Shown: positions 22,753 through 32,893, counted from the stretch's first letter. The stretch is DNA of 64,000 bases from an uncultured Clostridia bacterium (GCA_934130085.1 CAKOXK010000002.1:4613-68612); one strand, 5' to 3'. Notes: a model not told the origin generated them from the letters alone. Program-made: numbers and translations.

Positions 22753-23292
22753 TTAATTTGCTACTACAACTAATGAATGACGTAGCACCTTATCACCAAT
22801 CATATAGCCTTTTCTATATTCTTCTTTTATTATTTTTTCACCAAGCTTCTCATCAACTACAGATGAAACAGCTTCATGTAATGATGGATCAAATTTTTGT
22901 CCAACCGTTTCAATTTCTTTAACACCATTTGCAGTTAATACATCTTTGAATTGATTTAGACACATTTGAATTCCTTTTTTATATTCCTCATCTTCTGTTT
23001 TTGCTTCTGATGCCTTTTCAAGATTATCAATTATAGGAAGCAATTTTATTATTACATCTCCCATAACTGAATTATAAAGATTTGTTCTTTCTTTATCACT
23101 TCTTTTTTTAAAATTTTCAAATTCAGCCATTAACCTTTTTATTCTATCATCTTGTTCATCTATAATGTTTTTTTGTTCTGATATTTTATCATTTAATGCT
23201 TGAATTTCTTCTTTCCCATCCAACTTCTTTTCTTCTGGTGCATTTTGCTTTGTTTCTAATTTTTCATTTGTTTTTTCATTTTCATGTTCCAT
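22753..23292 (-). CDS. grpE: nucleotide exchange factor GrpE
   Basis: 179 aa with a coiled-coil N-terminus and the GrpE C-terminal domain; positioned between hrcA and dnaK. Confidence 0.9.
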   Translation of the reverse strand: MEHENEKTNEKLETKQNAPEEKKLDGKEEIQALNDKISEQKNIIDEQDDRIKRLMAEFENFKKRSDKERTNLYNSVMGDVIIKLLPIIDNLEKASEAKTEDEEYKKGIQMCLNQFKDVLTANGVKEIETVGQKFDPSLHEAVSSVVDEKLGEKIIKEEYRKGYMIGDKVLRHSLVVVAN

Positions 23293-23318
23293 TTATCTTT
23301 ATCACTCCCTTCTCATAA

Positions 23319-24350
23319 TTACTTTTTATTATTGTTGTCATCCAGTAAATTCTTATTAAGCTCTTCATTTATGTACTTTAATACTGAAATGACTTTTGAA
23401 TAATCCATTCTAGTAGGCCCTAAAATACCTATTGTACCTAGATCTTTGCCTTGAACCTTATTTTTAAAAGTTATCAGACTAAAATCATTAAGTCCACTAA
23501 TCTCGTTTCCAATATATATATTAAAATCATCATCACTGTCAAGTAAATCAAAAATTAAATCTTGCTTATCAAGTAAGCTTAAAAACTTTTTTGCAAGCTC
23601 ATTACTCTTGAATTCGGGATTATCAAGTGCTTGATCTGCACCTTTCAAATACATTTTAGATTCATCATTTAAAACCCTAGTTATTTGATTAACAATAGGT
23701 TTTATAACATCTAACCTATAATTCATTTCATTCATAATGTACTGTTCCATTGGAACATCAATTGATGATAAAAGTTTTCCTTTTAACTTATTATTAAATA
23801 AAATTGAGATTGTATCAACTTGCTCTTGAGTAATATCTTTATCAAACTTTATAATTGTCTCCTTAATCGTTCCCATTTCAGTTAAAATAACTGCCATTAG
23901 CATTCTAGAGCCAAGAAGTACAAACTTTATCTCCTGAATCCTTTGCTTAGCCGCATTAGGTTCAATTGCAATTGTAGTATAATGAGTAACCTCTGAAATA
24001 GTATTTGTTGCAATTTTTGTAAGCTCTTCCATTTCATTAACTTTGCTCTGCAATTTAGAATTTATGTACATTATTTCATTTAAATTAAGATCTTTTTCAT
24101 TAAGCAATTTATCAACATAAAATCTATAGCCTTTGTTCGAAGGAACTCTTCCACTTGATGTATGAGTCTTCTCAAGGAAACCGTCTTTTTCAAGTTCGGC
24201 CATATCATTTCTAACCGTTGCACTACTACAATTTAGTCCATATTTTGTTATGATGCTATTAGAACTAACTGGTTCAATAGTATCAATATATTCATTTACT
24301 ATCGCTTGTAAGATTCTTTTCTTACGATTATCTAATTCCAATATTATCAC
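23319..24350 (-). CDS. hrcA: heat-inducible transcription repressor HrcA (GTG start at 24350; alternative TTG three codons later with a GGGGTGA RBS)
   Basis: Winged-helix N-terminus (EPVSSNSIITKYGLNCSSATVRNDM), 343 aa, with CIRCE operators upstream. Confidence 0.85.
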   Translation of the reverse strand: MIILELDNRKKRILQAIVNEYIDTIEPVSSNSIITKYGLNCSSATVRNDMAELEKDGFLEKTHTSSGRVPSNKGYRFYVDKLLNEKDLNLNEIMYINSKLQSKVNEMEELTKIATNTISEVTHYTTIAIEPNAAKQRIQEIKFVLLGSRMLMAVILTEMGTIKETIIKFDKDITQEQVDTISILFNNKLKGKLLSSIDVPMEQYIMNEMNYRLDVIKPIVNQITRVLNDESKMYLKGADQALDNPEFKSNELAKKFLSLLDKQDLIFDLLDSDDDFNIYIGNEISGLNDFSLITFKNKVQGKDLGTIGILGPTRMDYSKVISVLKYINEELNKNLLDDNNNKK

Positions 24351-24356
24351 CCCATA

Positions 24357-24383
24357 TTAGCACTCTTTTATTATGTTTGCTAA
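24357..24383 (-). promoter_or_regulatory. CIRCE operator (TTAGCAAAC-N9-GAGTGCTAA on the minus strand)
   Basis: A 9-N9-9 inverted repeat matching the TTAGCACTC-N9-GAGTGCTAA consensus with 2 mismatches, immediately upstream of hrcA. Confidence 0.75.
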
Positions 24384-24391
24384 CTTTCTAT

Positions 24392-24420
24392 ATATTATAA
24401 CCAAAATTAGCAAAAGTCAA
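24392..24420 (-). promoter_or_regulatory. candidate sigma-A promoter of the dnaK operon (TTGACT, about 15-17-nt spacer, TATAAT/TAATAT)
   Basis: -35 and -10 hexamers on the minus strand between the two CIRCE-like repeats. Confidence 0.45.
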
Positions 24421-24433
24421 TAGAGATTGCTAA
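24407..24433 (-). promoter_or_regulatory. second, degenerate CIRCE-like inverted repeat overlapping the -35 region (TTAGCAATC-N9-TTTTGCTAA)
   Basis: 9-N9-9 geometry with 4 mismatches to consensus. Confidence 0.4.
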
Positions 24434-24558
24434 TTTTTATGTGAAAATTTTGTGAAAACAAGAATAAAAAATATATATTATATTACTTTTAAAATTCCGC
24501 TTAAACATCACATAAATTACAAAGAATATATGTAGCCAAAATATAAAGAAACATAAAA

Positions 24559-24611
24559 TGAAGTGAACCATCCTTGTTAGATTTTTTGTCTAGCAAGAAG
24601 GGTTCACTTCA
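24559..24611 (-). terminator. putative intrinsic terminator downstream of the PPIase gene
   Basis: A 10-bp perfect stem (GAAGTGAACC/GGTTCACTTC) with extended imperfect pairing and a U-rich tail on the minus strand. Confidence 0.45.
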
Positions 24612-24643
24612 AAATATATCTTTCTATTTATTCACATTAAATT

Positions 24644-25693
24644 TTACATACCACTTGAACCATAGTATTTACTCATCATATATGAATAATAATCAAATGG
24701 AGTTACAGTTTTTGGTGCACCATAATCTATTCCATAAGTTTCTACTCTAATTGATTTTATAACTGGTGGATCTACTGGTTTATCATCTGTTTTTCCATCA
24801 TCGCTTGAAGAATCACTTGATGATGTATCAGAACTTCTTTTTTCAACCTCAACATTAGATATTTTATCAACTACATCCATTCCCTCTGTAACTCTACCAA
24901 ATGCTGCATAAGAACCATCCAAGTTTGATTTATCTTCTGTTGTTATGAAGAATTGACATGATGCTGTATTATATCCTTTTTTTATAAGAGTTGATGAACC
25001 TTGTGATGAGTAATCTGATCTTGCCATTGAAATAGTTCCTCTTTTATGTTTTAGTGTGTTTTGTGTGTATCCGTTTAATACAAATTCTCCCTCAATATCA
25101 TATTTATCACTTGAAGATGAACTTGATGATGTAGAATTTGTTGTATTATTTTCACCTGATGTACTATTACTTACTTCATTTGTTGTATTTGAATTGTTTT
25201 CAGATGTTTTGTCATTTTTCAAATCAGTAAGCTTCGCTGATCCTGTTCCATCACCATTAGGATCTCCACCTTGTATCATGAAATCAGGTATCGTTCTATG
25301 AAATGTTAATCCATCATAAAATCCATTATTAGCCAATTTAACAAAGTTCGATACCGTATTTGGTGCATATTCTGGGTATAGCTCAACCTTTATCGTTCCG
25401 AAATTCTCTACTTCTATTGTTGCCAATGGATTTTGTGCTTTAAAGTTAACTTTTTTAACTATTGTATTTAATACATAAGCACACATTCCTAGAACAACGA
25501 TTATTGCAATTACAACAGCCGTCAATTTTATTTTTCCATAAGATCTTTTATTTGATTTATTTTCTTCAATTTTCTTTCCATTTAAATCTTCAGTTTTTTC
25601 TTGTTCGTTGTTTACAGTACTTACATCACTATTTAATTTCTCTTCTTTAATATTCTTTTCTTCTTTTATAGCCTTCTTGTTATTTTTTTTCAT
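24644..25693 (-). CDS. cyclophilin-type peptidyl-prolyl cis-trans isomerase, membrane-anchored, with an inserted S/N/T-rich low-complexity segment
   Basis: FHRTIPDFMIQGGDPNGDGTGS and GRVTEGMDVVDKI cyclophilin motifs; N-terminal TM segment. Confidence 0.8.
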   Translation of the reverse strand: MKKNNKKAIKEEKNIKEEKLNSDVSTVNNEQEKTEDLNGKKIEENKSNKRSYGKIKLTAVVIAIIVVLGMCAYVLNTIVKKVNFKAQNPLATIEVENFGTIKVELYPEYAPNTVSNFVKLANNGFYDGLTFHRTIPDFMIQGGDPNGDGTGSAKLTDLKNDKTSENNSNTTNEVSNSTSGENNTTNSTSSSSSSSDKYDIEGEFVLNGYTQNTLKHKRGTISMARSDYSSQGSSTLIKKGYNTASCQFFITTEDKSNLDGSYAAFGRVTEGMDVVDKISNVEVEKRSSDTSSSDSSSDDGKTDDKPVDPPVIKSIRVETYGIDYGAPKTVTPFDYYSYMMSKYYGSSGM

Positions 25694-25781
25694 TTTTTGT
25701 CCTTTCCATAATACGTATAGTTTATTTTAATTAAGTCATTAATAAAGTTAGAGATGTTTTATTTATATTAGAATAACCAAT

Positions 25782-26846
25782 TTATACAATCATTCTATCA
25801 AATACAAATTGTTCTTGCATTCTTTTTAATGTTTGCACAATTGTTTTTGCTCTTACTTCTCCTATTCCATCAACTTCATCAAGTTCTGTTATATCTGATA
25901 ATAGAAGTTTTTGGAACGATTTATATTTTTTAACTAGATTATCAACTATGTAACTAGGAACTCTTGGTACTTTATTAAGTATTCTGTAGCCCCTTGTATA
26001 TACAGTTGTTTCTGCAAAATCTGATACTTCTTTTCTTCCTAATATATTAGCAATTGTCTGCTCTTTGAGCAATTCTTCATACTTTAAAGAGTGAATTGCT
26101 TTTGCAATTTTCTCCTCTTCTTTTAAACTATCGCTATTCTCTCTGGCATAATCTTTGATTATCAGCCTTTCTTCATTTTCAACTCCATCAGTCAACTCAT
26201 CAAGCTGCATTTTTAGAAGTCTACCCTCAATCCCAAGTTCTGCAATTGATTTTTGTACCTCTTCTGCTATTCTTATAAGCATTTCAGAGCGTTGTATTGC
26301 ACTTATTACAATATCAAGTGTAACAATATCATTAAATTCATATTCTGTTAATATATTAATTTTATTGTCAAATACCTTTCTGTATTTTTCAACAGTCTGT
26401 AAAGCCTGATTAGACTTAGACATTACCTTTGACGTATCTTCTAGTACATACCTCAAATCTTTTTGGTATATAGTGATGATTCCTCTACGCTGAGATATAC
26501 TTATTACAATATTTCCAGTCTGCTTTGCAACTCTTTCTGCTGTTCTATGCCTTGTACCTGTTTCAACTGTTGTAATATTAAAATCAGGTATCAATTGAGC
26601 ATTCGCGTACAAAATTTGTTTTAAATCATCACTTAATATAATCGCTCCGTCCATTTTAGCAAGCTCATACAATCTTGCAGGTGTAAATTCAACATTTACG
26701 AAAAAACCTCCATCAACAATATTTTCAATTTCTTTAATATTGCCGATTACGATCAAACCACCAGTTTTGGCTTTAAGTATATTATCAAGACCTTCCCTAA
26801 TAGGGGTACCTGGTGCGATCATTTTTAAAATATCAACAAGTTCCAT
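25782..26846 (-). CDS. disA: DNA integrity scanning protein DisA (diadenylate cyclase)
   Basis: ILKMIAPGTPIREGLDNILKAKTGGLIVIG DAC domain plus a C-terminal HhH; adjacent to radA as in Bacillus. Confidence 0.85.
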   Translation of the reverse strand: MELVDILKMIAPGTPIREGLDNILKAKTGGLIVIGNIKEIENIVDGGFFVNVEFTPARLYELAKMDGAIILSDDLKQILYANAQLIPDFNITTVETGTRHRTAERVAKQTGNIVISISQRRGIITIYQKDLRYVLEDTSKVMSKSNQALQTVEKYRKVFDNKINILTEYEFNDIVTLDIVISAIQRSEMLIRIAEEVQKSIAELGIEGRLLKMQLDELTDGVENEERLIIKDYARENSDSLKEEEKIAKAIHSLKYEELLKEQTIANILGRKEVSDFAETTVYTRGYRILNKVPRVPSYIVDNLVKKYKSFQKLLLSDITELDEVDGIGEVRAKTIVQTLKRMQEQFVFDRMIV

Positions 26847-27035
26847 TTTTCACTCCTAATAATAAGTGTTTTACCTTAATTTATATTATTTAATATTTGT
26901 TATGATGTTATTTTACAATATTATTAAGTAGCATTTTAAATAATACATTCTAACCAACAGCAATTAAGCTTAGTTTAATAACAAGAAAATAATCATTTTA
27001 TTAAGTAATAAACAACATAAATTATTTAGCTTTTG

Positions 27036-28406
27036 TTAAATTCCAATAGCCTTAAGCGCTTCGTTAATATTTCTGACCCCTATTATATCTAATTTGTATG
27101 TATCTTTCAATAGTTTTTTGTTATTTTGTGGTATAATAACTCTTTTTATGCCAAGCCTCTCGCATTCTTTAAGCCTTTTATCGATCAAATTAACAGACCT
27201 AATCTCACCAGTCAATCCTACCTCCCCCATTATGGCAGTATCTTTTGGAATATATATACTCTTAAAACTTGAAGCCATAACAAGAGCAATTCCAAGATCC
27301 ACAGCCGGTTCGGTAAGTTTCATGCCACTAACTACATTCAAATATACATCTTGATTACTTAAAGATAGCCTTGCCCTTTTCTCAAGAACCGCAATAAGTA
27401 GCGATATTTTATTAAAATCCACCCCATTACCTGTCCTTTTTGGAATACCATATACAGTTGTAGTAGTCAAAGCCTGAAGTTCAACAAGCAAAGCCCTCGT
27501 TCCCTCTAAAGAGCAAACAATGGCAGCCCCTGGCACCTTTTCCTCATCTTCCGAAATAAGAACTGATGAAGGATTAGTAACTTCACACATTCCCTCATTT
27601 CTCATCTCAAACATACCAACTTCATTAGTAGAACCAAACCTATTTTTAACACCTCTTAAAATTCTATATGAAAAATATCTCTCACCCTCTAAATAAAGAA
27701 CAGTATCAACCATGTGTTCCAAAACTCTAGGACCAGCAATATTTCCATCCTTTGTAACATGACCAATAATTATTGTAGTAATTTGATTTTGTTTACAGCA
27801 CTTCATTATTCTTGACGTAATCTCTCTAACCTGGCTAACTGTACCCGGAGCAGAAGAAATCTCATTAGAAAACATAGTTTGAATAGAATCAATTACAACC
27901 AATTCGGGTCTCATACTAAGAACATGACCCTCAATCTCATCAATATCAGTCTCACCCAAAAACATAATAGCATCATTCTTAATATTAAGTCTATCAGCCC
28001 TTAGTTTAACCTGCTCCGCAGACTCCTCACCTGAAACATAAAGAACCTTTCTACCCTCATCTTTATTTGCAATCTTATCACAAAGTTGCAATATCAAAGT
28101 AGACTTACCAATACCAGGCTCGCCACCAATCAAAACCAAAGAGCCCTTAACAATTCCACCTCCAAGAACTCTATCAAGCTCTGAATAACCAGTCTTCCTT
28201 CTAATCTCCTCTTTACCTTCAACAGAGTTCAAAATCAAAGGTTTCGAAGCTTCACTTTGCAAAATCTTTTCGCCAGCCTTTGAAACTTTGCTAACCTTCT
28301 CCTCATAAAAAGAATTCCACGCATTACAAGCTGGGCACTTACCCAGCCATTTAGGAGATTCATATCCACATTCACTACAAACAAAAATTGTACTACTCTT
28401 TGCCAT
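27036..28406 (-). CDS. radA: DNA repair protein RadA/Sms
   Basis: N-terminal C4 zinc finger (CSECGYESPKWLGKCPACNAW), Walker A (GGEPGIGKST) and a Lon-like C-terminus. Confidence 0.95.
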   Translation of the reverse strand: MAKSSTIFVCSECGYESPKWLGKCPACNAWNSFYEEKVSKVSKAGEKILQSEASKPLILNSVEGKEEIRRKTGYSELDRVLGGGIVKGSLVLIGGEPGIGKSTLILQLCDKIANKDEGRKVLYVSGEESAEQVKLRADRLNIKNDAIMFLGETDIDEIEGHVLSMRPELVVIDSIQTMFSNEISSAPGTVSQVREITSRIMKCCKQNQITTIIIGHVTKDGNIAGPRVLEHMVDTVLYLEGERYFSYRILRGVKNRFGSTNEVGMFEMRNEGMCEVTNPSSVLISEDEEKVPGAAIVCSLEGTRALLVELQALTTTTVYGIPKRTGNGVDFNKISLLIAVLEKRARLSLSNQDVYLNVVSGMKLTEPAVDLGIALVMASSFKSIYIPKDTAIMGEVGLTGEIRSVNLIDKRLKECERLGIKRVIIPQNNKKLLKDTYKLDIIGVRNINEALKAIGI

Positions 28407-28438
28407 AATATCCTTTCTAAATATATAAAATATCTGAA

Positions 28439-28576
28439 TAATTAATAATATATTGTTTTTTTTTATGCCGCGTAGCGATCAAGCGAAGCGCGAATGTTTC
28501 TTTCTTCTTACAGTTAATTTTGACTAATGAAGAAAGAAACGAACAAGGCATGAAAAAACAATATATTATTAATTAT
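28439..28576. repeat. copy 2 of the ~140-bp palindromic repeat element
   Basis: Outer arms ATAATTAATAATATATTGTTTTTT...GGCATG/CATGCC...; core GCGTAGCGATCAAGCGAAGCGCGAATGTTTCTTTCTTC...GAAGAAAGAAACGAACA. Confidence 0.85.
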
Positions 28577-28629
28577 AAACCATATTATTTGAAATGCCTC
28601 GTAGCGAATTCGAAATGCCATAAGAGATC

Positions 28630-30600
28630 TTATTTCTCTTGCATCTCACTAAGCAATTTAATAAACATCGCATGTGACCATTCTAACCCAATTACCCATT
28701 TTTCTTTTAAATCAGAATTTACTTGTTCTGCAAGTAATCCAAGTTCAGTTGCACTGTTTACAACAAATCTTAAACATTCATTTGCTTCTCTTTCATTGCC
28801 AACTTTTAGATAGTATAGTCCCATCCAGCATGTTGCTATTATCCAAGGATTTTTACCGCCCATGTAACTGTCATTTTGAAATCTTAAGTATCCGCCTAAG
28901 TATGTTCTCAATGTCATGTTAATTTGTTCAACTGTGTTTCTTATAACTTTTTCATCAGGCTCAAATACTTCAAATGGTATAACTGCACCTATTATGCTTA
29001 TATCTGTTAATCTGTCTGTTGTATTTCTTACTAAAACCTTCTTTTTCTTATCATATAAGTTATCCATTATATATTTTTTTATGTTTCTCATTAAGCTTTC
29101 GTATCTTGCTTTTGCTAAGATTATATCATCTTGTTTTAATCTGTTGTTTGTAAAATTTTCTGATAATTCATTATATATTGACATCATTGCTTTGAATGCC
29201 CCATATATTGCAGAAAGTGAATATAGATGCACTCCTTCGTTCATTTCCCATAAATCATACGACTTATGTTTGTATACTTCGTCTCTATCTTTTGAATTGT
29301 ATTCTTTTTGAAGTTCTATTTTTACTAAATCTTCTTTTTCTTCTATTCCTAAAACATTGTTTATGTATTTTTCAAGAAAATCTGTTGCTTTTTCAAGCAT
29401 TTTTAAGTTGTCTTTTAAAAATTTTGTATCTTTCTTTCCATTCTTTTTGCATTCAAATTTATAAAATTCGTATGCTTCAAATACTACTATTGCTGTTTCA
29501 TCTACCTGATATCCCCAGCATGGTGCAAGGCTTCCATCTGTGAAGAATCTTTGTTCCCACATTCCGTTTTTACTTTGTGTTTTCTTTAAAAATACCTCAT
29601 AGTATTTTTTGCATAAATCATCGAATCCTAATTTGTTTATTGCATCATATATCATTATGCAATCCCTTGGCCAGCTGTATGAATATCTTCCACTTTTGTC
29701 TCTTTCTTCATCAACTTCTAATGATGCAGAGATTGCTCCTGTTTTTTCATTTATCAAAAGTGGCATATACAAAATTGTTCTCTTGTATATTTTTAATAAT
29801 TCATTTTTGAACTTGTTTCCTTCTTCTGCTTTTAATTTTAATGTATCATGCTTTTCAAGAAATCTTCTCCAATAGTTTTCTACCTTTGCTATTTCTTTTT
29901 GGACATTTATTTTTCTAAGTTCGTTTATTTCTTCTTCTAGATTTGCTAAGCCTTCTTCATACTTTATGTACATAATAACATCAAATTCTGTTTCTTCTCC
30001 TGGTTTTAGAACTCCTAAGTCATAACTCGTTGCTGAATCCGGACTCATTCCAATATAGTCTTTATCATTTATTGAGCCTGTTTGAATATTCTTTTCTACG
30101 TTATTAAGTTGATGATTTAACATTTTTTGATTTGCCATTATTGCAAATACAAAGTTATGGCTATATTGTACCAGTGTATCATCTAAAATCATTCCACCTG
30201 CCATATCATTAAATGATGATATTACCTTTGAATTGATTAAAAAATTTATATTTAGATCTATGTTATTTTTGTTTTTTATTACATATCTTTTTATTATTAC
30301 ATCTTTTGATGTCATTACACAATCTGTCTGTTTTACTTTAAAATTGAAATATGTATTTTCTATCTCGGTGTTTAATACATTTGTATCTTCTGTATAATAT
30401 TGTTTATATTTATTGTTTACATCTTCATGTAAATAAATAATATTTGAATCATTAATTTTTAGACCAACATGGAAAAAATCTGCATACTGTCTGTAATCTG
30501 GGAATGGATAATATAAACGTAAAAGTTCTCCATGCTTGCTAAAGCTTGCTGTTACATTTTTGTTTCCTATAAAGGCATCGTTATAAAATTTTTTATTCAT
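28630..30600 (-). CDS. glycoside hydrolase family 15-like protein (glucoamylase/trehalase-related)
   Basis: SWPRD and DLWEMNEGVHLY blocks resemble the GH15 catalytic DLWEE motif; 656 aa. Confidence 0.5.
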   Translation of the reverse strand: MNKKFYNDAFIGNKNVTASFSKHGELLRLYYPFPDYRQYADFFHVGLKINDSNIIYLHEDVNNKYKQYYTEDTNVLNTEIENTYFNFKVKQTDCVMTSKDVIIKRYVIKNKNNIDLNINFLINSKVISSFNDMAGGMILDDTLVQYSHNFVFAIMANQKMLNHQLNNVEKNIQTGSINDKDYIGMSPDSATSYDLGVLKPGEETEFDVIMYIKYEEGLANLEEEINELRKINVQKEIAKVENYWRRFLEKHDTLKLKAEEGNKFKNELLKIYKRTILYMPLLINEKTGAISASLEVDEERDKSGRYSYSWPRDCIMIYDAINKLGFDDLCKKYYEVFLKKTQSKNGMWEQRFFTDGSLAPCWGYQVDETAIVVFEAYEFYKFECKKNGKKDTKFLKDNLKMLEKATDFLEKYINNVLGIEEKEDLVKIELQKEYNSKDRDEVYKHKSYDLWEMNEGVHLYSLSAIYGAFKAMMSIYNELSENFTNNRLKQDDIILAKARYESLMRNIKKYIMDNLYDKKKKVLVRNTTDRLTDISIIGAVIPFEVFEPDEKVIRNTVEQINMTLRTYLGGYLRFQNDSYMGGKNPWIIATCWMGLYYLKVGNEREANECLRFVVNSATELGLLAEQVNSDLKEKWVIGLEWSHAMFIKLLSEMQEK

Positions 30601-31088
30601 TAATTATTTTCTCCTATGTTTTCAATTTTACTTATCCAGATGTTTCTTATTGCTCCGTCTGCATAAAAGGCTGCACTTGAGTATGAGTCACTTTTTGTTT
30701 GATTTGCAAAATATGCTTTGTATGTTGCTGTATCATCTAGCTTTCCTTCAATATCTTCAGCTTTACATTCTTCACCTTCAAGTCTTATTGTTATTTTCTC
30801 ACCGTTATCTCCCACATTAGTGTTTGATGAAATTACAACCCTCATAAGCATTTGAACTTCTTTTTTTGACATTTTATCTCTCATGTATTGTTTTATTGTT
30901 AGATTGTTTGTAGTAATTGATTGACTTTCTGTTGAAATTCCTGCCTTAGTTTCTGATAATGAATTTAAAAATTCCATACTATTATCGTTATTTTTTACTA
31001 TGTAAATTATTACGCCTATTACTCCAAAAATAAGTACAAATATAACAATGTAGCTTAGTATACTTTCATCTTTTCCATCGTTATTCAT
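30600..31088 (-). CDS. hypothetical small membrane protein
   Basis: 162 aa with a single TM segment; translationally coupled to the upstream gene. Confidence 0.4.
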   Translation of the reverse strand: MNNDGKDESILSYIVIFVLIFGVIGVIIYIVKNNDNSMEFLNSLSETKAGISTESQSITTNNLTIKQYMRDKMSKKEVQMLMRVVISSNTNVGDNGEKITIRLEGEECKAEDIEGKLDDTATYKAYFANQTKSDSYSSAAFYADGAIRNIWISKIENIGENN

Positions 31089-31111
31089 ATCACTTTTCTC
31101 CTTTGTTTATT

Positions 31112-32776
31112 CTATTCTTTTCCCATAATTTGAACTATTTGTTTTCTTAAGTCATTTACTCTATTATTTAACTTTGCCATATCTTCATCAGAGCTTGTAG
31201 AAAGTCTAATATCTTCTTTTAAAGAATGACGCATATCTTCAAGTTCAATTTCAAGTTTTTGCATTTTTTCCATCAATTCGATCTTATTAATTTCTTTTGC
31301 TTGTGGATTTGTATATCTTTGTTCCATTTTGAATGCATTCTCATCAAGTATAAATTCTTGACCATATTCTGGTATTTCAATATCAATATTAGGTGCTTGT
31401 TCTTTAATTTTCTCTTTTAATACTACTTGCGAATCTTCTTCTCCATGAATTAAGAAGATATGTTTTGGCATTCTATCTTTAAATGAGCAAACGTAGTTTA
31501 CTAATCCTTGTTGATCTGCATGTCCTGAAAAACCTTCTATATATTCTACTCTTGCATTTACTTGAAATTCTTCTCCTAGTATTCTAACTCTTTTTTCTCC
31601 ATCTGCAATTCTTCTTCCTAGAGTTCCTGGTGCTTGGTATCCTACAAATAATATTGTACTTTTTGGATTCCAAATATTATGTTTTAAATGATGTTTGATT
31701 CTTCCAACATCACACATACCACTTGCTGATATAATTATGCAAGGTTCATTTGATTCATTTAATGCTTTAGATTCTTCTACACTTTGTGTAAATCTTAGTC
31801 CTGGAAAGTCAAGTGGATTATCTCCTCTTTTTATGAACTTTTGAATTTCTTCATCAAATAAATTCATGTTCTTTCTAAAAACTTCAGTTGCAGACACAGC
31901 AAGTGGACTATCAACATAAACCGGTGTTCTCATTAAATTCTTATATTCTTCTTGAAATTTTTCATCATCTTTATGCTGATCTTTTATTTTATTTAGTTCA
32001 TATAAGATTTCTTGAGTTCTTCCAACTGCAAATGATGGTATTACAACCGTTCCACCATTATCAATTGTTTCTGATACTATATCAAGAAACATTGATGCCT
32101 TTTCATTATTTCTTATATGCAATCTATTTCCATAGGTTGATTCCATTATTAAATAATCTGCACTGTCTATCATTGTTGGACTTGCTAATAGTGGAATATC
32201 ATTGTTTCCAATATCTCCACTAAATACTATCTTCTGTTGCTTTCCATTCTCTGTTATCCAAACTTCAATCATTGCAGAACCAAGCATGTGTCCCGCATCA
32301 TTAAATCTTACAGTTATTCCCTCAGATAAATCAATTAATGTATCATACTTTTCAGGCACAAAAAGTTTTGTACATTCTAACGCATCTTTTGCAGTATATA
32401 ATGGCTCAACCATAACTTTTTGACCTTGTCTTTTTCTCTTCTTGTTTTTTATTTCTGTTTCAGTTTCTTGAATGTGACCAGAATCAGGTAACATTATCTC
32501 GCACAAATCACATGTGGCTTTTGTAGCATAAATTGGGTTACTGTATCCTTCTTTATACAATTTAGGAATTCTTCCTGAATGATCAATATGCGCATGTGTT
32601 AAAAGCATAAAATCTATACTTTTTACATCAAATGCAAAAGGTTTTTCATTTAAAAGCTCCTCTTTTACAGATCCTTGATGTAATCCACAGTCTACAAGAA
32701 ATTTTTTTCCTGCAGCCTCTACTAAGTAGTTAGAACCTGTTACCTCTTTTGTTGCACCTAAAAACGTTATTTTCAT
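31112..32776 (-). CDS. beta-CASP family metallo-beta-lactamase-fold ribonuclease
   Basis: MKITFLGATKEVTGS...LVDCG, HAHIDHSG MBL motif, 554 aa, C-terminal coiled-coil; resembles the TTHA0252/RNase J-like family. Confidence 0.7.
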   Translation of the reverse strand: MKITFLGATKEVTGSNYLVEAAGKKFLVDCGLHQGSVKEELLNEKPFAFDVKSIDFMLLTHAHIDHSGRIPKLYKEGYSNPIYATKATCDLCEIMLPDSGHIQETETEIKNKKRKRQGQKVMVEPLYTAKDALECTKLFVPEKYDTLIDLSEGITVRFNDAGHMLGSAMIEVWITENGKQQKIVFSGDIGNNDIPLLASPTMIDSADYLIMESTYGNRLHIRNNEKASMFLDIVSETIDNGGTVVIPSFAVGRTQEILYELNKIKDQHKDDEKFQEEYKNLMRTPVYVDSPLAVSATEVFRKNMNLFDEEIQKFIKRGDNPLDFPGLRFTQSVEESKALNESNEPCIIISASGMCDVGRIKHHLKHNIWNPKSTILFVGYQAPGTLGRRIADGEKRVRILGEEFQVNARVEYIEGFSGHADQQGLVNYVCSFKDRMPKHIFLIHGEEDSQVVLKEKIKEQAPNIDIEIPEYGQEFILDENAFKMEQRYTNPQAKEINKIELMEKMQKLEIELEDMRHSLKEDIRLSTSSDEDMAKLNNRVNDLRKQIVQIMGKE

Positions 32777-32893
32777 TTGTACTCCTTATATATAAAATTT
32801 GGAATTTTAGGCTTCCTTAAACCGTTATCATGTGTTTAAATTTACTTATTAAATAATTTATTGTTTTATTTTATTTGATAAAAAAGCTTTTGC

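Noticed and set aside
28466-28530. 20-codon ORF (MPRSDQAKRECFFLLTVNFD) inside repeat copy 2 as a possible type I toxin peptide
   Set aside because: It has no start codon in copies 1 and 3 and no conserved RBS. The peptide is not hydrophobic enough for a typical type I toxin.
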